Assembly (NCBI GenBank): GCA_048270185.1
Contig: JBLWTJ010000002.1
Coordinates: 128,001 to 192,000 of the forward strand
Reading direction: 5' to 3'
DNA: 64,000 nucleotides
From: Bacteriovoracaceae bacterium
GTDB lineage: Bacteria; Bdellovibrionota; Bacteriovoracia; Bacteriovoracales; Bacteriovoracaceae
The position numbers and the translations under genes were made by a program. Positions within the stretch are counted from its first letter, which is position 1. Every line of letters starts with the position of its first letter. The notes under the pieces were generated by a model that did not search any database, was not told the origin of the DNA, and saw only the letters and a list, made by a program, of their open reading frames with translations. Below are positions 58,527 through 64,000 of this stretch, one piece after another.

Positions 58527-59792
58527 TTACTTAGCCTTACTTGCAGCTCGTCGACGTCTAAAACTTTTTTTCTGGATATTCGACTTAGCACCATTATTTG
58601 AAGAGGCTTGTTGCTTCTTGTTTTGAGGTTGCGTAGGTGCTCCGGCAACACCATGAAATGGATGTTCTTTATCTTTGGGAATTTGGTAATTAATCGTTTT
58701 TTCAATATCTTTAAGAAGCTTCATTTCTGTGTCATCACAAAATGAGATTGCAACTCCATCACGTCCGGCCCTAGCTGTACGCCCAATACGGTGAACATAA
58801 CTTTTCGGATCATTTGGTAGGTCGTAATTAATAACGTGAGTAATGTGAGAGACATCAATACCTCGAGCAGCAATGTCTGTGGCCACAAGAACTCTAATAT
58901 CGCCTTTTTTAAAACCACCTAAGGCCTTTTCACGGGCTCCCTGAGACTTATTCCCATGAATGGCAGCAGAAGTAATCCCTGCTTTCTCAAGATGTTTCAC
59001 AACACGATTTGCACCGTGTTTAGTCTTGGTAAAAACAAGAACGTGCTCAATTGCTTGATCTTCTAAAATACTCTTTAAAAGTTTTGGCTTATTTGTTTTA
59101 TGAACGAAGTTAATCTTCTGATCAATTTTTTCGACAGTTGTTGACTCTGGAGTCACCTCTACTTTCTTAGGCTTCACGAGAAGCTTCTTTGAAAGGTTCA
59201 CAATATCTTGAGGCATGGTTGCAGAAAATAAGAGAGTTTGTCTCTTCTTTGGTAGCTTTGCAATGATCTTATTCACATCGCGAATAAAGCCCATATCAAG
59301 CATACGATCCGCTTCATCAAGAACAAAGGTTTCAAGTTGACTAAACTTTATATGATCATCACCCATAAGATCTAAGAAGCGACCTGGAGTAGCAACAATA
59401 ACATCCATCCCCTTCTTCAATTGTAGAATCTGAGGTCTTGGCTTAACTCCACCAAAAATGACTGCACTCTTTAATCCTAGGCCCTTTCCATATTCTTCAA
59501 TATTCTCATTAATCTGTGATGCTAACTCTCTTGTCGGAGTTAGAATGAGAGTTCTCATATGTCTTGGTTTCGTTTTAACTTTATTAGAGCCAAGATTATT
59601 TAAGATTGGTAATGAGAAAGCCGCAGTTTTACCTGTTCCTGTTTGAGCAATCCCTAAGATATCTCCACCCTTTAATAAGTGAGGAATTGAGCCAGCTTGA
59701 ATTGGAGTTGGTTTTGTATATCCCTTCTGCTTAAGACTTGAGAGAATTTCGGGTAATAGGTTAAGAGAATCAAATGAATTGACTGATGACAT
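58527..59792 (-). CDS. DEAD-box RNA helicase (RhlE-like)
   Basis: Q motif, AQTGTGKT, PTRELA, DEAD, SAT, HRIGRTAR; basic tail. Confidence 0.95.
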   Translation of the reverse strand: MSSVNSFDSLNLLPEILSSLKQKGYTKPTPIQAGSIPHLLKGGDILGIAQTGTGKTAAFSLPILNNLGSNKVKTKPRHMRTLILTPTRELASQINENIEEYGKGLGLKSAVIFGGVKPRPQILQLKKGMDVIVATPGRFLDLMGDDHIKFSQLETFVLDEADRMLDMGFIRDVNKIIAKLPKKRQTLLFSATMPQDIVNLSKKLLVKPKKVEVTPESTTVEKIDQKINFVHKTNKPKLLKSILEDQAIEHVLVFTKTKHGANRVVKHLEKAGITSAAIHGNKSQGAREKALGGFKKGDIRVLVATDIAARGIDVSHITHVINYDLPNDPKSYVHRIGRTARAGRDGVAISFCDDTEMKLLKDIEKTINYQIPKDKEHPFHGVAGAPTQPQNKKQQASSNNGAKSNIQKKSFRRRRAASKAK

Positions 59793-59949
59793 AGTAAATA
59801 TCCTTGCTTTAAAGCATTAGTGCCATTGCTTAATCCAAATACTAGCAAAGGCAAATATTTAAAATGTATCCAGATCAATACCCTTCATCTCTTGATTTAG
59901 GGTACAAGTCAATCTTTATCATTAATAGTGTAAAGTATATTTACTGAAA

Positions 59950-61338
59950 TCAGTAGATATTATCATTTTCGACATCAATATCATGCTTCTTCAACGGCCT
60001 ACCACAATCAAAAATATGAACTCTTTTACCTGAAAGCTTACCCTTTCCATCAGCTTCCTTAATGAGCCTCCCCCCTTCACATGCGGTCATTGATTTCGCT
60101 TTTTCAAGTTCACTCTCTGACGACCAAAGTCTTTGCCAAGGGCCATCACAGAACCAATTCCCGTTTTTAGAATTCCAACAAACGGCCTTAGCTCGTTTTC
60201 CAGCTACGATATCTGTTTTACTTTGATCTGAGACTTCTACAAGTGGCTTTTCTTGTTTGCTATTTTCTTCCAAGTCATTTACAGCTTCTGCAGCTTTCAT
60301 AATTCCATTGGCACTCTTAAGCTGAGTAGGAATTCGCATGATTCGTTCACTATATCCTTGATAAGCAATAGGATTCGCCTTGGAGCTCCCCTTTTTTACT
60401 GAAGGAGGAGTGTCTTGTCTTTTATACTTATTTCTTAGAGCATCCTCAAAGTTTCGCTTAGCCTCAGGGGTGTCGTAACGAGTAAACGTTGAAGCTTGTG
60501 AATTTTGCTTCTTTAGATTTTTCAACTGTCTTTGCTTTGACTGGATGAGCTTATTTTGCTCATTCATATACATACCCATCATATGCTGACTCATTGCTCG
60601 ATCAGTATTTATTTTCTTTTCTCCACAATAACTTCCCAACCAATAGCGTCCCTGCTGTAAGCAGCGCCTTCTTGGCGCATCATCAGCATTAAGTTTTTCC
60701 TGATACTTACGAAAAGAGTTCATCTGACTACCGTAAGCAGCAAGATCAGCTCTTGGATCAACTAAGTCTGCTAAAGTTAATTCCTCTTCACCTGCCTCAG
60801 GAAACTTCTTCAAATTATTTCTATGATGGTGAACCGACACATAAAATTTCTTGTAATAATTATTACCATATCCACTTTTCATTTTTACAGTTATTAACCC
60901 TTTTAAGTTTCCAACATAGTATCTGCCCCATCCCCAACGTGAGATAACCTCATAACTATAGTAAACAGGGTAACGCTGTTTAATTGCTCTCGTGACGACT
61001 TTGGCCCCTGGATAGATTTCTCCATCAGCTTTAGACATATCCCAGACCAACACATCGATATCAGCAGCAATTGCTAGAGGCTTAGTGCCGCGGCTGTATG
61101 TTTTATCCTTTCTCTTCATTAGTTTAATTTCGAGATTTTTAAATAGATTGTGAACCAATACTATTCTTTTAAGATCATCAGATTCTAAATCTTTATTTTT
61201 TTCTTTAATCCATTGTAATTCATCATTTGATAGAACAAAGTTAAGGGTTTCTATTCCTTCGCGATCAATTCTGCCATGCAAACCTAGTCGAGCACATGAA
61301 CTAAAAAGACAAATGAAAACAAGTACTCTAATTAACAT
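59950..61338 (-). CDS. hypothetical lipoprotein
   Basis: Lipobox FSSC; Cys/Trp-rich C-terminal domain. Confidence 0.7.
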   Translation of the reverse strand: MLIRVLVFICLFSSCARLGLHGRIDREGIETLNFVLSNDELQWIKEKNKDLESDDLKRIVLVHNLFKNLEIKLMKRKDKTYSRGTKPLAIAADIDVLVWDMSKADGEIYPGAKVVTRAIKQRYPVYYSYEVISRWGWGRYYVGNLKGLITVKMKSGYGNNYYKKFYVSVHHHRNNLKKFPEAGEEELTLADLVDPRADLAAYGSQMNSFRKYQEKLNADDAPRRRCLQQGRYWLGSYCGEKKINTDRAMSQHMMGMYMNEQNKLIQSKQRQLKNLKKQNSQASTFTRYDTPEAKRNFEDALRNKYKRQDTPPSVKKGSSKANPIAYQGYSERIMRIPTQLKSANGIMKAAEAVNDLEENSKQEKPLVEVSDQSKTDIVAGKRAKAVCWNSKNGNWFCDGPWQRLWSSESELEKAKSMTACEGGRLIKEADGKGKLSGKRVHIFDCGRPLKKHDIDVENDNIY

Positions 61339-61433
61339 AAAATCTCCATAAAAAGATTTTACAATAACATTTTATTTACAAGCAACCTGTAACAATTTCC
61401 GTTACTATTATCAATCTCATCAAAATAACTGAA

Positions 61434-61462
61434 GAAAAGCCGAGTACATACCTCGACTTTTC
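61434..61462 (-). terminator. intrinsic terminator
   Basis: Minus strand GAAAAGTCGAG-N7-CTCGGCTTTTC. Confidence 0.7.
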
Positions 61463-61480
61463 ATATTATAAACAAATAAA

Positions 61481-61939
61481 TTACTCACAGTAGAAAGTCT
61501 CATTAAAAACTAGGGTATCACCAGGTAGAGTTACGTGACCAAAATGTGGCCTATTTCCCCATTTCCATATCTCTAACTTAACTTCATTTTCATAAGGCTT
61601 AAAAACAAAGAGAAATTCTCCCTTAAAGCCATTCCCATTTACAAGTGTTCGATGATTATTTTCATATACTGTATTTCTGTGTTCAGTATAAACCGGGCCA
61701 GTCGTACGAAAACCAAAAAGGTTTCTCGATTTTAAATATGTAGCAAAATCGACATTGAAATCAGTTCGATCATATTTCGATAGTTCTTGACCGAACCCGC
61801 CTCTTTGTTGATATTCCCCCATTTGAAATGCAAAATTGTCATTGTTATCGAAGCATAGATAAGAGTTATCAGTAAACTCCGCTTGTGCAGTAATTGAAGT
61901 AAACATAATAAGTGATGTAATAAAAATTCGACTAAGCAT
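61481..61939 (-). CDS. secreted hypothetical protein
   Basis: AAGGAG RBS; signal peptide ending AQA; Cys near both ends. Confidence 0.75.
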   Translation of the reverse strand: MLSRIFITSLIMFTSITAQAEFTDNSYLCFDNNDNFAFQMGEYQQRGGFGQELSKYDRTDFNVDFATYLKSRNLFGFRTTGPVYTEHRNTVYENNHRTLVNGNGFKGEFLFVFKPYENEVKLEIWKWGNRPHFGHVTLPGDTLVFNETFYCE

Positions 61940-61994
61940 AATCTTTTCTCCTTTTTTTGTTAGAAGCTTTATACAAGAGTCGATTTTTTTTTAC

Positions 61995-62033
61995 TTATCC
62001 AAATAGGACAATTTCTTTGCCCAAAATAGACAA
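61995..62033 (-). promoter_or_regulatory. tandem direct repeats, candidate AraC-family operator
   Basis: TTATCCAAATAGGACAA and TTGCCCAAAATAGACAA, 22-bp period. Confidence 0.5.
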
Positions 62034-62036
62034 TGT

Positions 62037-62837
62037 CTAATTTGGCATAGATCTAAAATCAGAAGGTAAAGATCCGGTGTATTTTTGAAAGGTTGAAATA
62101 AACTTAGATAGTGAATTATAACCTACTTCGAGACTAATATCTGTAATCGTCATTTTAGTCGTTAAGAGTAATTCTTTGGCCAAGTTTATTTTTTTAGTAA
62201 TCATTATAGTTTTGGGAGTACTACCAACTTCACTTAAGAATAGCCTATTTAAATTTCGAGGACTAAGCCCACATGTTCTAGCAAGCTCTGTAACTGGGAT
62301 GTCATCTTCAGATTCAACAATTAAAGAAAACGCTTTCTTTACTCGTGAATCTTTAATCTTAGACTCAATGACACGAAAATCATCTAAACTTACATCACGA
62401 TGTAAAGATAAACACTCGATAAGACATTCAATTAATGCCTTAGTAAATGTCTTCGAATAAATTGATTGTGGGTTAAGTAAGAGATAATAAGCTAATTCCT
62501 TAACAAGTGAATTCAATGGAGTAACTGAAGAGGTAATTTTTTTCTCTGTACTTCTTTTCCAAATTTTATCATCTATAAGAATGATCATTCTCTCACCTTG
62601 ACCTGAGGCACTTGATGAAAAGCTATGTTCAGTATTTGGTGGTATATATAACATCCTACCTGGCCCACAATTGAAAACATTCTTGTTATCAGAGAATGAG
62701 ACTTTAATCTCCCCTTGAAGAGGTATAAAAAATTCATGTTCTTTATGAGAGTGCTGAGCGAGCTCTCGACCAGGAACCTTTTGATGAATCAATACAATAT
62801 TAGGTAGAGTAACTGTTATATCTTGACCTTTCTTCAT
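62037..62837 (-). CDS. AraC family transcriptional regulator (cupin + HTH)
   Basis: HSHKEHE cupin, LARTCGLSPRNLNRLF, ITDISLEVGYNSLSKFISTF. Confidence 0.93.
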   Translation of the reverse strand: MKKGQDITVTLPNIVLIHQKVPGRELAQHSHKEHEFFIPLQGEIKVSFSDNKNVFNCGPGRMLYIPPNTEHSFSSSASGQGERMIILIDDKIWKRSTEKKITSSVTPLNSLVKELAYYLLLNPQSIYSKTFTKALIECLIECLSLHRDVSLDDFRVIESKIKDSRVKKAFSLIVESEDDIPVTELARTCGLSPRNLNRLFLSEVGSTPKTIMITKKINLAKELLLTTKMTITDISLEVGYNSLSKFISTFQKYTGSLPSDFRSMPN

Positions 62838-62916
62838 TTAATTATCTAACCATATTGATTCTATTTAGGAAAGTCGCTTTTAATTATATGACGACAAAAA
62901 ACATCAGCAGGTTTTG

Positions 62917-63729
62917 TCATACGTTGATGAAGTTATAAATTGTCTCATTAACACTATCGTCTTTTAAGATACGCCTGTGTCCAAGATATTCAAGAGTAAT
63001 TAATGAACCATTCTTCCAATACTTACTTAATTCAAGAGAGTCATTATAAGGCACCTCCTTATCATCTCGACAGTGCAAAATAAGACCTTCGATATCACTT
63101 AAGCCTTCTCCCAGTCGAACAGGATTGACTTCTTGGGCCGCGTGACCAGTTTGCTTTTTCATTTCATTAAAGAAAAAGTAAGAAGACTTTTTACTCATTC
63201 CAACAAATTGGCAAAAGCGACTTAAGACTCCTTCAAGATTAGCGGGAGCTGCAACTAAGATAAGCTTACTTGGTTGAACAACTTTAAGAGAAGCGATATA
63301 AGCTGCAGAAACGGCTCCCATTGAATGTCCAACTAGAGCATAGGGCCCGCCAAAAAATAGAGCTGCTTCTTGAATCGTTTTAGCAAAGAGAAATGGATTT
63401 GCCCTACTCCCCTGAGATCTTCCATGTCCAGGTCCATCAATGGAGACCACACGATACCCACTGTCAACGAGCTTTAATATTATTGGTTTAAAATTATGAG
63501 AATGGCCTTCCCATCCATGCATGAAGAGAATTGTTTTATCACCGCTCTCATTCCAGCAATGGTATGCGATACCGTTATGTACTTTAACACTATAATTTCT
63601 ACTATCAGTTGTTCCACTTCTACTCTTATTATTTCTGCGAGGTGATTGGAATAAATACGCATAAATCTTTGCGGCAGTATTTGGCATTATATTTGAGAGC
63701 AAGCTAAGTGATATCATTATTGTTTTCAT
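62917..63729 (-). CDS. alpha/beta hydrolase
   Basis: HGWEG, DGPGHGRS, GHSMG nucleophile elbow, D-KEVP, LGH. Confidence 0.9.
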   Translation of the reverse strand: MKTIMISLSLLSNIMPNTAAKIYAYLFQSPRRNNKSRSGTTDSRNYSVKVHNGIAYHCWNESGDKTILFMHGWEGHSHNFKPIILKLVDSGYRVVSIDGPGHGRSQGSRANPFLFAKTIQEAALFFGGPYALVGHSMGAVSAAYIASLKVVQPSKLILVAAPANLEGVLSRFCQFVGMSKKSSYFFFNEMKKQTGHAAQEVNPVRLGEGLSDIEGLILHCRDDKEVPYNDSLELSKYWKNGSLITLEYLGHRRILKDDSVNETIYNFINV

Positions 63730-63747
63730 ATATCCTTTCCATGTTTT

Positions 63748-63824
63748 TATACCAGTCGGTACATAATGTTTATTATTGACTCAAAATCAAAAAAAGTGCA
63801 AGATATTTCTTACCAAACGGTACA
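63748..63824. promoter_or_regulatory. two candidate TetR operators
   Basis: TATACCAGTCGGTACA (63748-63763) and CTTACCAAACGGTACA (63809-63824); core TACC-N4-GGTA. Confidence 0.7.
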
Positions 63825-63847
63825 AAATAAAATTTTAAAGGCTACAA

Positions 63848-64000
63848 ATGACTGAAAAAACAAAGACATTAAGAGGAAGGCCAAAACAATTCAAGAAAGA
63901 GGAAGTTCTTAATACAATCCTCGAGGCATTTTGGTCCAATGGATATGATGCTCTTTCGACAGCATCTTTAGTCGAAATTACAGGAGTCAACAAACCATCA
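63848..64000 (+). CDS. TetR/AcrR family regulator (partial; not in ORF track)
   Basis: MTEKTKTLRGRPKQFKKEEVLNTILEAFWSNGYDALSTASLVEITGVNKPS. Confidence 0.9.
   Translation, partial: MTEKTKTLRGRPKQFKKEEVLNTILEAFWSNGYDALSTASLVEITGVNKPS

Noticed and set aside
983..63662. Many short ORF-track entries overlapping long genes (e.g. 983-1261, 9481-9759, 21643-21999, 42234-42767, 45395-45793)
   Set aside because: Antisense or off-frame shadows of well-supported genes, with no RBS or motifs
1..64000. CRISPR array, prophage, IS transposase, rRNA, retron/RT or known defence genes
   Set aside because: No repeat-spacer periodicity or diagnostic motifs seen; the PLD has a signal peptide, arguing against a cytoplasmic defence nuclease

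Overview
AT-rich bacterial chromosome segment. Gene content and style (many signal-peptide and lipoprotein hypotheticals, DksA, GreB, KdsD, Lnt, type-2 IleRS, TRAP/TatT, Gld-like ABC) suggest a predatory Bdellovibrionota of the Bacteriovorax/Halobacteriovorax type; this is inference, not a database match. 1-55 kb is mostly core: a nucleotide-salvage cluster (tdk, upp, hpt, GHMP kinase), a GldA/F/G-like ABC operon, nrnA, a TatT-associated TRAP operon, maf, ileS, rho-prfA-prmC-murA-hinT, ruvX-mltG, dksA, a subtilase, lnt, kdsD, an RND permease, greB, def, a phospholipase D and tRNA-Asp. After tRNA-Asp the genes look accessory. No CRISPR array, rRNA, integrase or transposase was seen. Most notable: (1) a YcgR-like PilZ protein fused to a FliG C-terminal-like domain (31827-32924), a candidate c-di-GMP-gated motor decoy or brake; (2) a 211-bp element with perfect 19-bp terminal inverted repeats (11054-11264); (3) a small basic protein and dksA, each behind a sigma28-like promoter and a long structured leader; (4) tandem lipoprotein paralogs with apparently different sigma factors; (5) back-to-back sigma54 promoters; (6) a recurrent leaderless-mRNA signature and an ATT start codon. 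All family calls come from motif recognition by eye.
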